The notes: generated by a model not told the origin, from the letters alone. Numbered from the stretch's first letter, positions 1-10,841 are shown. The stretch is 64,000 nt of DNA from a virus (IMGVR_UViG_3300028624_000009:5329-69328); one strand, 5' to 3'. Numbers and translations are program-made.

Positions 1-2
1 CG

Positions 3-3000
3 ACAATCACGACCCCAGCCGAATATTATACACCATCTCCCGCGACCTATGCACCAACCGAATACTATCCATCACCGGCGGCTGCTTATACCCCATCAAA
101 TATTGCACCGACGCAATCAGAGCTTTCAAAATTATATGATGATATGATTGCCGCTGCTGCATCTAAAGAAGAAGGTGCGGAAGCTGTTGCTGATGCATGG
201 ACCAGATTCACCAAGACAGAAGATTTCGGAAAATTTGTGGAATCCGGGGATGCAAGTCTGCTTGCCAAAGCTAAAAATGGTGACGTCTTAACCGAATCGG
301 AAATCGACAGGGTTCAGTATCTCAGATCTCAGATGAGTGACGCAGCCGGATCAACATTTGACGAGGCAATGGGTACAGTACCAATCAACACCATGCCACT
401 TTCTGAGTTCCAGAACCAGATAACTGCGGCCAGGGACAGTGTAAAGAACCTCAGCAATGCGGATATTAAAGCCAGCAATCTTGGTCCAGAAAAAGAACTC
501 ATAGTCCACCAGACCAAGGCCGAAGCGAACATGGATGATTTCTTCCAGTTCGAAGAATTCAAGGGGGCTTCGGATGTAATCCTGGATGAAATGAGATATT
601 ATCTTGGAGAACCGACAACCACACCAGGCCTACTTGGAAAGTTCAGTGCCGTAAAAGCAACGTGGACTGCAAAAGCAACAATGGCATGGGACAAGATAGT
701 TGAGGCTCTGAAATCTGCCAAGAACCTGATATCCCAGATGCCTGCTTCGTGGCTGGATGCAAATGAAGATTACAGCATGGCCGAACTTATACTGGGAAAC
801 AGCAAGTATAGCGATATTCTTTTGGTCACTGGAACAAAAGGACCAACAAAAGCATCTATGGCAAAGGCATTTGAAAAAGCTGCGAACGAAGGAACAACAA
901 TCACGGGTTCGAACGGATGGCAGGCAGCGACTCATAATTTCAAGAAGTCAGGAGGATGGGTAGTAAAATCGCCAGAAGGAGATTTCCAGTTCATACGCAG
1001 GAACGAAATGGTTCCCTCTGCGGATGAAGCAATGAATGTTGCTGCAACCCCTGCCAAAATGTTCTACTGGGAGAAACCAAGCAATGTCCCAACCGAATTC
1101 AAAGTTCCAGAAAATGCAAACGGCAGTCGAATAGTTGCTGTCAACCGGGCAGATCCATATTCGGTCGATGAATCTATTTGGAAAGGATTGACTGAATCAG
1201 GCGGCCTCACCTCCGACATGTCAAAGGAATTTGTCAAAATTGATTTGCTAACTGATGACGGAATATTGTGGTCTACTGTTCGGGAAGCAGACAAAGCCGG
1301 GCCATTCCAAATAGGCAGGACAGTTGAAATAGTTGAAAAAGATGCTGTCAGAATCAATGGATTATCCGGTATCGATCTTCAGCGCATGAATGCCCGTGAG
1401 TTTGCATCCCTGGTTGGTGACTCAGATATTCAGGCAGCTATCAGGGCAATTCCGGGGGAAGATATACAGCACCTGACCAAATATCTGGATGAAACCAGAG
1501 TCAAGATGATTGAAGATGCTCGAACGTCTACGCCCAGGATAGTAGAGGCAGTCCCGCCGGAAACCCCGACGATTAGGACCCCAGAAACAACTCCTGGCCC
1601 CGAGGCGGTCACACCTGAAGAATTGGCATCTGAGTACCAAAAAGCACAGCAATTGGTCGATGCAAAGACAACAGAACGGATAGCCATAGAAGATGAACTG
1701 TCCGAACTCGGTCGTCAGATCCAAGAACTCGGCGTCAAGCTCGAAACCGCCCCGGTAAAAGAGAAAGCTGCTATAAAATCACAAATCGATGGATTGAAGA
1801 CCCGGGCAGATGCTCTTAAAAACAAAGGACGCAGGCTAAATCAGGAAGTCTACGATGCCAGAAATGTAAAACAGGCCAAAGGAACTCAGATAGTCAACGG
1901 ACAAACCACGGTTGATGATCTCCTCAATCAGTTGGACGGTTTATCTGTTCGGGATGGCCGATCTGCGCTGGACGAGGCCCTGGCCAAAAGTGAGGACCTT
2001 AAAACATATCTCCGAAACACCTCCCGAGAAGAGGCCGAGCAATTGGCCATGTCCATCTCTGAAAAGCTGGGCAGCGACAGGTCCGCCGCAGAAAAGATCA
2101 TGGGGTTCCATTACCAGGGAGCAGTTGGCCGTATCGATGATGTGACCAGGGCTAAAATGTCTGCAACTGACCAGGAATACATTCGCAGAGCCATGACCCG
2201 GCAACTTAATCAAAATGATTATCAGCAAGTGACGAGGATTGTTGAGAACGCCGGAGCATATCAGGGAGTATCGGTCGGAGCGGATCTGGGACGACTCAAG
2301 ATAGATAACATACTTGATTCCAGCATGGCCGGAAAGACAGATGAACTTAAGAAACTGCTCACTGATAAAGATGTCAGGGCTGCATTGAAAGACGAAGCGT
2401 TTGCAGACGAGGCATTTGGAAAAATCTACGACGTCGATCCAAGTGTGGCATCTCAGTATCAGAAGGCAGCCCAAGATCGCATAATATCCGACATGAAGGC
2501 CGATCCCAAGTACAACAATCTGTCGGCTGGCGATAAGAAGTTCATAGATGAGTTTTATTCAAAGAGGATATATACTCGTGAAGATATGGAACGATTGGCC
2601 AGAATCCGGCAAAGCATGCCTTCTAGTAAGTTCAGCAGGTTCCTTAGAGGGGGTGCCATAGGTAGCAAAACAATGATCAGGAACATGATAGACCACCCCC
2701 TGTCTACCTTAACAACCGCCGCAAAGAGAACCTTTAAAGCGGTGGCTTTAGTATATGGATTTCAGTTCCTATATTTTGCAGTCGAAGAAGGGTTCCAGAC
2801 CGTGATTCAGATGACTGGATGGAATACGCCTACAGACGAATATATGGAATATATGTCTAATAATGGTATTCCATGGTATGAAGGATCTGATAAAATATTA
2901 GAACCCTTTAATTGGGTATTGGACCATGTTCCTTATAGCGACGTAATATTTGGAGTAGCCGCTGGTTTCCGATGGTATATAGAAAATGCTGCGGTTGGAC

Positions 3001-5270
3001 AAATGGAAAATAAAGTAAGCGTGGGCATACGATCCGGGTTGTGGGTGCCCGACGAAGGTTGCAAGTTTGGTCCAGGTTGCTGGGGCCACATCCGGCCAGA
3101 GTCTGAGAGACCTGCATACTGGGCGCAACATCCTGAAACCATGGCTCATCTCGACGGTGATACGCTTCGCAGAATATATGACATTCAAGGAGACGGCAGC
3201 ATAGGTCCAAACAACCTAATAGCTAAGGGCCTTGGTATTACAGACCCAGAACTTGCAAAGCAGGTCGGACTCGGGCACTTTATCAGCGCCAGCAACCAGG
3301 GTGCAAAGGATACTCTGACCAAAGAGTTTGGAGGTGCCTATGATCTGCTGGTTAAAGGAGGTGCAATTTCCGAACTGGCAAATAAGGCATATCTTGAAGC
3401 CAAAGGCCAAACAAGTACCATGACCATCGACCCCAATGCTCAATACATCGATCAAACTGGAAAAGTCATATTGGGAAAAGATGTCACGGACCCCAGCCAA
3501 ATCATAGGTCAAGTAATGGCAGACGGTACTGTCCGGCAATTCTCGACTATCGGGTCAACAACTCCGGGAATGACTGCTGAGGAGGTTACTGCGCAGCAAA
3601 GAGCCGTCCTCGCGATAGCACCTACATCTATGGAGGCATTGACTAAATATGCAACCTACGGTGGCACCGCAACAGCGGCAGATGCGCAGACATGGAGATC
3701 CATTTTTATAAGCCCAGATGGAAGCCTTGACGTCAGCAAACTGAAATCAATGTATCCGGATATGACAGCCGCTCAGATGAGTGCGATATTTCCAAAAGAA
3801 GCCATCAATAAAGCCATTCAGAACGACCTTGCTTCGGCCACTGATCCAGTTGAGTTGTCCCGAAAGATTGCTGAGTATAAAGCTTCTGGCATGATTGCCG
3901 AAAGCGCCCGGATAGAACAATATATGCCGGCGGACCAGGCGGCAATTTTCACCGCGAGACAGAATAATCCAGCAAACTTCAAGGCAACCGCGAGTGGAAA
4001 TACATTATCCTGGATTGATGATACTAGGTATCCCCACACGGCCAATATAATTCAATCTGGCAAATTGTTTAACCCGACCACTGGGCAGTACGACATCGAT
4101 CAAAAAAAGACAGAATCTGATGGGAGCGAATTTACTATCGACACCGGAAAATATGCCGAATTTATCAACAGTGGCAGTAAAGATATTGCAGCGTTCCTTG
4201 CTGATAAAGAAAATTATATTCAGACGTGGAAAGGAACCGGGTCTACCAGTAAGACCAGCTCCGGTGGAGGCGGTGGAGGCGGCGGAGGAAGCAGCAGTTA
4301 TCCCAGCAAAAAGAGTACCACGCCGTCAGAACCCAAGGTATCTGGACTCTTCATAGATACTGCTGGATTAAATGCCGAGGTATACGAAGATGGAAAGTTT
4401 ATCGGCATGACAGATGAAATACTGAATTTGGAACCGGGGGTGCATACTATAACCATCAAAAAAGATGGCTATAAACCATATACCATGCCGGTCCAGATAT
4501 ACAACGGCAGCATCGCTCGGAAATCTGCAACCCTGTACCAAGACACATCAGCAACCAAGAAAACAGGAGAGGCTGACGAAACCGGGCTTTTCATAGACTC
4601 TGACGGATTAAATGCCGAGATATATGAGGATGGTAAGCTGATCGGAACCACGGACGAAAAAATAAAACTGGAACCAGGACCCCATACCATAACCATGAAA
4701 AAAGAGGGTTACAAACCATATACCACAACCGTTCAGGTGTACGACGGATATGTTGCTCAGAAAACAGCAACCCTATACAAGGACACATCACCGACTCAAA
4801 AAGTCGAGACTGCCGAAGAAACCGGGCTCTTCGTTGATACCGGCGGGCTGGGTGCAGAGATATATGAAGATGGAAAATTAATCGGCACCGCCGACGAAAC
4901 GATAAAACTTGAGCCAGGGACCCATACCATAACCATGCAAAAGAAAGGCTATAAGCCATATACGTTCTCGGTTACGGTATACGATGGCCATGTTTATAGA
5001 AAAACCGCAACCCTGTATCCAGACAAATCGACAACCAAGACTGGTACAACGGCAACAACCATAACATCCAGAGTTGAGAAATTCGTAGATGCGGTGGGCG
5101 GAGAAGAAGCCATTACGCCAGATCATATAGTATATGCTTATGCAATTGCTAAGAACAAACCCGATCTGGCGGAATCAGCAAGGAGTGAATCTTCACCCCC
5201 AATTGCTGGAAACTGGACTTTTGCCGAGGACGACGTAAAAGAACTGATCTCATTATACAGGGGGTCTTAA
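3..5270 (+). CDS. Giant (>1750 aa) putative virion/membrane protein, 5'-truncated. Pro/Tyr-rich N-terminus, coiled coil, hydrophobic segment, poly-Gly linker, three C-terminal PEGA-like domains
   Basis: Frame is open from base 3, upstream of ATG144. Hydrophobic AVALVYGFQFLYFAV segment; three GLFxDxxGLxAExYEDG...GxHTIT..KxGY repeats. Confidence 0.75.
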   Translation, partial: TITTPAEYYTPSPATYAPTEYYPSPAAAYTPSNIAPTQSELSKLYDDMIAAAASKEEGAEAVADAWTRFTKTEDFGKFVESGDASLLAKAKNGDVLTESEIDRVQYLRSQMSDAAGSTFDEAMGTVPINTMPLSEFQNQITAARDSVKNLSNADIKASNLGPEKELIVHQTKAEANMDDFFQFEEFKGASDVILDEMRYYLGEPTTTPGLLGKFSAVKATWTAKATMAWDKIVEALKSAKNLISQMPASWLDANEDYSMAELILGNSKYSDILLVTGTKGPTKASMAKAFEKAANEGTTITGSNGWQAATHNFKKSGGWVVKSPEGDFQFIRRNEMVPSADEAMNVAATPAKMFYWEKPSNVPTEFKVPENANGSRIVAVNRADPYSVDESIWKGLTESGGLTSDMSKEFVKIDLLTDDGILWSTVREADKAGPFQIGRTVEIVEKDAVRINGLSGIDLQRMNAREFASLVGDSDIQAAIRAIPGEDIQHLTKYLDETRVKMIEDARTSTPRIVEAVPPETPTIRTPETTPGPEAVTPEELASEYQKAQQLVDAKTTERIAIEDELSELGRQIQELGVKLETAPVKEKAAIKSQIDGLKTRADALKNKGRRLNQEVYDARNVKQAKGTQIVNGQTTVDDLLNQLDGLSVRDGRSALDEALAKSEDLKTYLRNTSREEAEQLAMSISEKLGSDRSAAEKIMGFHYQGAVGRIDDVTRAKMSATDQEYIRRAMTRQLNQNDYQQVTRIVENAGAYQGVSVGADLGRLKIDNILDSSMAGKTDELKKLLTDKDVRAALKDEAFADEAFGKIYDVDPSVASQYQKAAQDRIISDMKADPKYNNLSAGDKKFIDEFYSKRIYTREDMERLARIRQSMPSSKFSRFLRGGAIGSKTMIRNMIDHPLSTLTTAAKRTFKAVALVYGFQFLYFAVEEGFQTVIQMTGWNTPTDEYMEYMSNNGIPWYEGSDKILEPFNWVLDHVPYSDVIFGVAAGFRWYIENAAVGQMENKVSVGIRSGLWVPDEGCKFGPGCWGHIRPESERPAYWAQHPETMAHLDGDTLRRIYDIQGDGSIGPNNLIAKGLGITDPELAKQVGLGHFISASNQGAKDTLTKEFGGAYDLLVKGGAISELANKAYLEAKGQTSTMTIDPNAQYIDQTGKVILGKDVTDPSQIIGQVMADGTVRQFSTIGSTTPGMTAEEVTAQQRAVLAIAPTSMEALTKYATYGGTATAADAQTWRSIFISPDGSLDVSKLKSMYPDMTAAQMSAIFPKEAINKAIQNDLASATDPVELSRKIAEYKASGMIAESARIEQYMPADQAAIFTARQNNPANFKATASGNTLSWIDDTRYPHTANIIQSGKLFNPTTGQYDIDQKKTESDGSEFTIDTGKYAEFINSGSKDIAAFLADKENYIQTWKGTGSTSKTSSGGGGGGGGGSSSYPSKKSTTPSEPKVSGLFIDTAGLNAEVYEDGKFIGMTDEILNLEPGVHTITIKKDGYKPYTMPVQIYNGSIARKSATLYQDTSATKKTGEADETGLFIDSDGLNAEIYEDGKLIGTTDEKIKLEPGPHTITMKKEGYKPYTTTVQVYDGYVAQKTATLYKDTSPTQKVETAEETGLFVDTGGLGAEIYEDGKLIGTADETIKLEPGTHTITMQKKGYKPYTFSVTVYDGHVYRKTATLYPDKSTTKTGTTATTITSRVEKFVDAVGGEEAITPDHIVYAYAIAKNKPDLAESARSESSPPIAGNWTFAEDDVKELISLYRGS
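4344..5020 (+). repeat. Three tandem 240-nt PEGA-coding repeats
   Basis: Units start at 4344, 4584 and 4824 with clear DNA and protein similarity. Confidence 0.9.
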
Positions 5271-6467
5271 ATGCCTATCACCGAAGCCAGGAAGGGCTAC
5301 TTATCAACCCATTTTTTTTCGGGCGGAATTATAGACTCTGATGGATTGATAGATGCAATACTTGCCGACTTAAATGGTACAGAAGACGTAACGGTTGACG
5401 ATGTGGTGTGGATGTTCCTGTCACTTGGAACCAGATATAGTCCACCAGATATTGGTTTCGAGATCACCGCGAAAGTAACCGCAGTTAAGGACGGATCAGC
5501 AATAGAAGCACTGATGGAATGTGTCCCCGGCCAGGTCTGCGATTTAACTCCGAAAACAGTCATACTTTATGGGGTGTTTCCACGCAGCAGAGACGCAGAA
5601 GCCAAAGAATGGTTGATGCTCCATTTGCCAATTGGTTCAGAAATAACCCTGACACCGATGGGAAATAATTATATCGTGAACAAGAATGGAGAAGTTATAA
5701 ACGATTCCTTGAATAAATATATAGAAAATCTCGGGCAGGTTACTGAGATAACTGGTTACGATACGATGGCTTCCGTGATGGAGATCATCGATGGAGATAC
5801 TATTCAAGTAATCCAGCAATGCGCTCCCGGCCAGCTCTGTGACATAACACCGGTTAGTGTGAGATTGCAGGGAGTGTCGTCGTCTGAAATGAGTTTCCCG
5901 GCAGGACGAGCTGCCAAATCATGGCTTTATGAGCAGATTCCGCCCGGGACTACGGTCAAACTGGCAGTGAAAGGCAAAGATACATACGGCAGATTGATAG
6001 CAGATATATATTATCCAGCCAATAGTACTACTAGCATAAACGACAAAATGATACAGGCCGGGAAGACAGTAGGCTATAATCCAACTGCCGAGTCGATAGA
6101 TTCAAAGGTTGACGTAAAATATGTAGGAGGCGTTGCAAATTCATATCCTGCTGCATGCACTTCAACTGTATCTAAACCATCCGCAGTACTCAGTCTCATA
6201 TCCCCGGTCTGCAATGTGGTGAAAAAGGATGGATCTGAAACATGGTTCGGATATACCGTGAAAAATGTTGGAGACAAACCCTGGAAAGGCTGGATGGGTG
6301 TCGTGCTTACTGATAACAATACTAGGAAAACATATCAGTATACTGGCGACCCGCGAAAATCCAGTACAATAGCCCCAGGCGAAACCAAGACGCTGTTTAC
6401 GAAATTCGTAGTGCCGCAAGAGTTCGGAAATAAGATATCATGGGAGGCTCTTATAAATAGCCTCTAA
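5271..6467 (+). CDS. Thermonuclease (SNase)-family protein: degenerate plus intact SNase domain and an Ig/CARDB-like C-terminus
   Basis: IIDGDTI...VRLQGV..SE...DTYGRLIADIY motifs; duplicated CxPGQxCDxTP insert. Confidence 0.8.
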   Translation: MPITEARKGYLSTHFFSGGIIDSDGLIDAILADLNGTEDVTVDDVVWMFLSLGTRYSPPDIGFEITAKVTAVKDGSAIEALMECVPGQVCDLTPKTVILYGVFPRSRDAEAKEWLMLHLPIGSEITLTPMGNNYIVNKNGEVINDSLNKYIENLGQVTEITGYDTMASVMEIIDGDTIQVIQQCAPGQLCDITPVSVRLQGVSSSEMSFPAGRAAKSWLYEQIPPGTTVKLAVKGKDTYGRLIADIYYPANSTTSINDKMIQAGKTVGYNPTAESIDSKVDVKYVGGVANSYPAACTSTVSKPSAVLSLISPVCNVVKKDGSETWFGYTVKNVGDKPWKGWMGVVLTDNNTRKTYQYTGDPRKSSTIAPGETKTLFTKFVVPQEFGNKISWEALINSL

Positions 6468-6531
6468 TTTTCTTTTTCGGTTCAACCAAAACGTATTTCA
6501 AGTCGGAAACCTATTTTAAAATTGTGATACG

Positions 6532-6768
6532 ATGGCGACCCTAGAAGATTTGCGAATAGTTTACGGGGCATTGACGTCCTGCAAGACTGCTGATGAAATT
6601 GCGCATAACGTAATGCTACCAATGGATATTGTAACAGAATGTCTTGACACTCTTAAATTAATGGGCGTGATCAGCAAAGACAGCTATTCAGATGTTTACT
6701 GTCCCATAGAGGAGGTTGCAGGAAATATATGCAAGCAATGTAATGAGATAATAGAAAACCTAAAATAA
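6532..6768 (+). CDS. Small wHTH-like protein with C-terminal Cys cluster
   Basis: TADEIA...V..CLDTL...GVI pattern; C...CxxC. Confidence 0.5.
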   Translation: MATLEDLRIVYGALTSCKTADEIAHNVMLPMDIVTECLDTLKLMGVISKDSYSDVYCPIEEVAGNICKQCNEIIENLK

Positions 6769-6779
6769 TAGGATAGTCG

Positions 6780-7541
6780 ATGTACTCTATTTTTTTTGAT
6801 AACAACGAAAAGCAAGGTAAGCGGCCTGACTTTTTGGACGAAGCCTGGACTTATTATAAGAAAAGAATAAATAAGCCAGAACCAGCAAACCTAGACTTCG
6901 ATCTTATGCTGGTAGATGAAGAATCCGGTAAACAGGTTGGAGCAGAGATTAAGGAACTCGACGATTTTTGGGGCAGCCTTCCACCAAGGGGTCGGCTAGG
7001 TCGGCAATGCATGGATATAGCCCTAAAATGTGACTACGGATATCTAAGCATACTTGGTAGTCTGTCGGAGCTGATCGAGTCTATTCCTCCATACTACAAG
7101 ACTGACGAGGGAAACATAATAGAAAAACCAGAAGAACGAATGACACTAGATGAGAACATGGTATATGCTGTTCTCGGCGATATCAAATCTCTAGGAGTGT
7201 TGCCGGTTTTTCTGTCGCGAAACCCAATCGATTCGTTTCGGTTGCTGATTAACTATATGATCCACGATGTCATCAGTGACCCGCCTATAACCTTGTGTAG
7301 CAAGCCTCGTAAAAACATGCATGCTATAAACGTACTCTGCAATCTACCAGGAATCGGGTGGGAAAGAGCAGAAGCTATATTGGAACAGTATGGCTCTGTC
7401 TCCGAGTTCTTACAGGAAGCGCAGGTCTGCCTAGACAGCGGCAACTTGGGGCCTCTGGAAAATCTCAAGATAAACGGCAGGCGATTTGGTAAGTCCGCGC
7501 ATAAGATGTTTCAGGTAGATGGTATCTGGGGAATTTCATAA
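6780..7541 (+). CDS. ERCC4/XPF-like nuclease with helix-hairpin-helix
   Basis: D....AEIKELDDF..SL..GRL..Q core; LPGIGWERAEAILEQYGS HhH. Confidence 0.75.
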   Translation: MYSIFFDNNEKQGKRPDFLDEAWTYYKKRINKPEPANLDFDLMLVDEESGKQVGAEIKELDDFWGSLPPRGRLGRQCMDIALKCDYGYLSILGSLSELIESIPPYYKTDEGNIIEKPEERMTLDENMVYAVLGDIKSLGVLPVFLSRNPIDSFRLLINYMIHDVISDPPITLCSKPRKNMHAINVLCNLPGIGWERAEAILEQYGSVSEFLQEAQVCLDSGNLGPLENLKINGRRFGKSAHKMFQVDGIWGIS

Positions 7542-7609
7542 ATACATATTTTTTTTTAGTATTAACGAAAACCCATATATAGTAGATAATATAGAGAAGA
7601 GTATAAGGG

Positions 7610-8410
7610 ATGATAAAAATGCTGACACGACTTAGGAACAGTATCATGCGTCCAGTTGATGCATGGTGCATGAAAAGATGTACCAGGTCTTTATCTGCAA
7701 CACATGGTGATTTCATATATTCGCCCGTATTGCCGCCAGTTATACAATTTGCATCGGACGATTTCAATGCAGCCTGGGAACAGGCCCTCTCAAATGTGAT
7801 ACTAAGAGGCAAACCAATCACATTCGGGGGTAAAGATGGCGCGAAACAGGCAATGGATACCATGCAGACCATCGTATTGGGTAATCATGCAGTTGAACAG
7901 ATACTGGGAGAGCATCTGCATCCCAAGTTCCCGTTTCAACTGGTAGACCAGTATTTGGAGGAATTCACACCCGAGTATCTTGAAAAATACCGAAGCCAGG
8001 GCTCCGAAGGATTTGATTATATTTATTACGATAGATTCGATAGAGATGATCAAATACTCTATATGAGACAGGGCCTCCGAGAGCAAATTGAGTCAGGAAT
8101 TCAGTCAAACCGGAATCAGATGATCACATGGATACCCAGGATAGATCAGACTAAAACAGCAACACCTTGCTTACAGAGAGTGGGAATTCGCTATGAAAAG
8201 GATGACCGCGTATCAGTTAACCTCAGCTGGAGGTCAAGAGACCTCTTTGGAGCCTGGCAAATAAATCTCGTCGGTATTATAAATACATTATATCGGGATA
8301 TAATTGATCCCAATCATTGCGAAATTGCCAGAATCGTTGACAGAAATGACTCTCTGCATATTTATAAGAGCGATATGATATCAGCAATTGGGGTAATCAC
8401 ACATGCTTGA
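7610..8410 (+). CDS. thyA: Thymidylate synthase, archaeal ThyA-like
   Basis: PCLQ catalytic Cys, RSRDLFGAWQIN, SLHIY motifs. Confidence 0.85.
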   Translation: MIKMLTRLRNSIMRPVDAWCMKRCTRSLSATHGDFIYSPVLPPVIQFASDDFNAAWEQALSNVILRGKPITFGGKDGAKQAMDTMQTIVLGNHAVEQILGEHLHPKFPFQLVDQYLEEFTPEYLEKYRSQGSEGFDYIYYDRFDRDDQILYMRQGLREQIESGIQSNRNQMITWIPRIDQTKTATPCLQRVGIRYEKDDRVSVNLSWRSRDLFGAWQINLVGIINTLYRDIIDPNHCEIARIVDRNDSLHIYKSDMISAIGVITHA

Positions 8411-8753
8411 GAGAACCGTCAGAACTCTGCACATGCTCGAAAAAGACAAAAAATCTCCAATAGATCGCATAGTAATCCTGAACAAAGAGATCGCTCAGGT
8501 AGCTTATGAGTTGCTTCAATGTAGGATATTTCCAGGCGAGGCAAAAGCGCACATGGCAAACGCCAAGTTGGAGCTTGGAGATGCATTAACCCAGCTTAAT
8601 ATGTTGTGCCTAGATATGGAATTGGTGCCAGAGGAGATCCTGAAATTGGGTATCCAGCATACCTATGAAAGATTCCAGGATTTCGCAGAGAGGGGATGGG
8701 ATAAGAGACAAATGGAGACGCTTTCATGCAGAAGCAAAGAACTGAATGCATAG
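8403..8753 (+). CDS. MazG-like NTP pyrophosphohydrolase
   Basis: All-helical; KEIAQV...ELGDAL motif; adjacent to thyA. Confidence 0.55.
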   Translation: MLERTVRTLHMLEKDKKSPIDRIVILNKEIAQVAYELLQCRIFPGEAKAHMANAKLELGDALTQLNMLCLDMELVPEEILKLGIQHTYERFQDFAERGWDKRQMETLSCRSKELNA

Positions 8754-9760
8754 ATAAAATTTTTTGTGGAAACACGACAGACATTTTAAAAACGCTTCCA
8801 AGCGACTTAGTAGACTGTTGTGTTTGCTCTCCGCCGTATTACGGTTTGCGGTCGTATTTGCCGGAAGGACATCCAGACAAGGCGTTGGAGATCGGCCTGG
8901 AGGAGAGCCCGGAGGCTTACGTGAGCAAGCTGGTGGAGGTCTTCCGGGAAGTCCGGCGGGTGCTGAAGAAGGAAGGGACGCTTTGGCTGAATTTGGGAGA
9001 TTCCTATGCAGGCTCTTGGGGCAACTCCGGCCACAGACCGGAGCTGGACCATACATCGAGCTATCAGAGAGGAAAGAAAACTGAGTATTTCTCGAGGGGT
9101 GGCTGGGATCAGAGGAGAGAAGTTCCGCCCAATCAGAAGGTAGCTGGATGCAAGCCCAAAGACCTGATCGGGATTCCCTGGACGGTCGCATTTGCTCTCC
9201 GGGCCGATGGGTGGTGGCTACGATCCGACATAATCTGGCATAAGCCCAACTGCATGCCGGAAAGCTGCAAGGATCGGCCCACAAAGAGCCATGAGTATAT
9301 GTTTTTGCTGAGTAAGGGGAAGAAATATTATTATGATGCTGAGGCGATTTCAGAAGATGCCATAAACACCAAAATGCCCGGAAAAAACATGCGGGATACC
9401 AGAGAAACATATGGGCCACAAAATGGCGGTAACAGTGGATTAAGAGATCTAAAGCAGCGATATAAAAGCGGTGATTGGCCTACAAAACGCAATAAGCGCA
9501 CCGTCTGGACCGTTGCCACCAAGCCATATAGCGAGGCACATTTCGCGACCTTTCCCCCAGCGCTGATAGAGCCTTGCATCCTGGCGGGATGCCCCGAAGG
9601 TGGTATCTGCCTTGATCCATTTTTCGGGGCTGGTACCACCGGCCTGGTGGCGAAGAAGCTCGGGCGGCACTTCATCGGTATAGAGCTGAATGAGGCATAT
9701 ATAGGCATGGCGCAAAAGCGCATAGCCGCCACACCTGTGCGATTAGATAACTGGATGTGA
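8726..9760 (+). CDS. Site-specific DNA methyltransferase, beta class, probably N4-cytosine
   Basis: SPPYY catalytic motif precedes DPFFGAGTT SAM-binding motif; IIWHKPN, HFATFP. Confidence 0.95.
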   Translation: MQKQRTECIDKIFCGNTTDILKTLPSDLVDCCVCSPPYYGLRSYLPEGHPDKALEIGLEESPEAYVSKLVEVFREVRRVLKKEGTLWLNLGDSYAGSWGNSGHRPELDHTSSYQRGKKTEYFSRGGWDQRREVPPNQKVAGCKPKDLIGIPWTVAFALRADGWWLRSDIIWHKPNCMPESCKDRPTKSHEYMFLLSKGKKYYYDAEAISEDAINTKMPGKNMRDTRETYGPQNGGNSGLRDLKQRYKSGDWPTKRNKRTVWTVATKPYSEAHFATFPPALIEPCILAGCPEGGICLDPFFGAGTTGLVAKKLGRHFIGIELNEAYIGMAQKRIAATPVRLDNWM

Positions 9761-9764
9761 ATTT

Positions 9765-10451
9765 ATGAATGTAACCACGCCAAATGTAGACACCATCATC
9801 TGCGGGGACTGCCTGGAGGAGATGAAGAAGCTGCCGGACATATCCAGGAATAGCCGCCGCGAACAGGCAAAAATATTTTGTGTAGAGGAGATATTACCAG
9901 ACGCTTTAGACGAAATCGAGCGGCTGCGGCCTTACGAAAAGGTGGCCGCTGATCTGGCAGCGTGCGGGTCGTATGTAGGAATCGGTCCGGGTGAGGGGGA
10001 ACTGCCCATACCGGAGAGGGTCCGGCGATGTGTAAACCGACTCAAAGAAACCCAGCACGAATACGAGCAAAAGATCATCTCCAAGGATGCCCGGATCAAG
10101 GAGCTTGAGGATGCTCTGGTGGAAGAGTTGGCCAGAGGAGACTATTTTGATGAATCCCAAGAATGTGAGGGCTACTGGTGGGATCGAAAAAATACGTCAG
10201 ATTGTACACAAAATGATTATCGCAGAAATGCCCGCCTAAAGCTCCAAGCAAAGGGCAAGATCGGGCCGGATGCGGATGCCAAGCCACGGGTCTGGCAGAT
10301 CACGGGGGACAGAATTACAGCAATAGACCAAGGACTGCGGTTCTTGGAATGGAGCAACGCAAAAACTGGCCATGTAGAAACAAAGAAACGCATTGCAATA
10401 CTTAAAACGATGTTGGAAGAGGCTAGTGATGAGCATGGTTTCGAAAGATGA
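9765..10451 (+). CDS. Hypothetical coiled-coil protein starting with an MTase N-terminal remnant
   Basis: Begins DTIICGDCLEEMKKLPD, then unrelated sequence. Confidence 0.55.
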   Translation: MNVTTPNVDTIICGDCLEEMKKLPDISRNSRREQAKIFCVEEILPDALDEIERLRPYEKVAADLAACGSYVGIGPGEGELPIPERVRRCVNRLKETQHEYEQKIISKDARIKELEDALVEELARGDYFDESQECEGYWWDRKNTSDCTQNDYRRNARLKLQAKGKIGPDADAKPRVWQITGDRITAIDQGLRFLEWSNAKTGHVETKKRIAILKTMLEEASDEHGFER

Positions 10452-10643
10452 AATAAAATGCACATCGAGACGATTTGCCAAGAGAAGTTGCGAAAAACAT
10501 ATCAGAAACAAGCAAGATTGGATTACTGGATTTAATATGGGATACGAAGCAGCAATGCGGTTGAAATATGTAAAAACGAGACAAGATATGCACAATTTGC
10601 TAAGAATAATGTATAAACGAAACGATGTACTGGAGGACACCAC

Positions 10644-10841
10644 ATGAAACCGCCTAAAACCCGAAAAAGAGGAAGACGTGTAGGTTCTCATCCAATACCA
10701 GAGAAATATTATACCGAAATCACCAGACGAGCAAAAAACGAACTCCTGTCATCAATTGCCAAGGATTTCGATGTATCGCCAACAACCATTGGGCGAATAG
10801 TAAGAAAAGTAGAAAACCGGTTTAAATCTATGTGCAGGTGA
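10644..10841 (+). CDS. HTH DNA-binding protein
   Basis: LSSIAKDFDVSPTTIGRIV. Confidence 0.75.
   Translation: MKPPKTRKRGRRVGSHPIPEKYYTEITRRAKNELLSSIAKDFDVSPTTIGRIVRKVENRFKSMCR

Noticed and set aside
8726-9760. Complete restriction-modification system
   Set aside because: No cognate endonuclease adjacent; the ERCC4-like nuclease is structure-specific.
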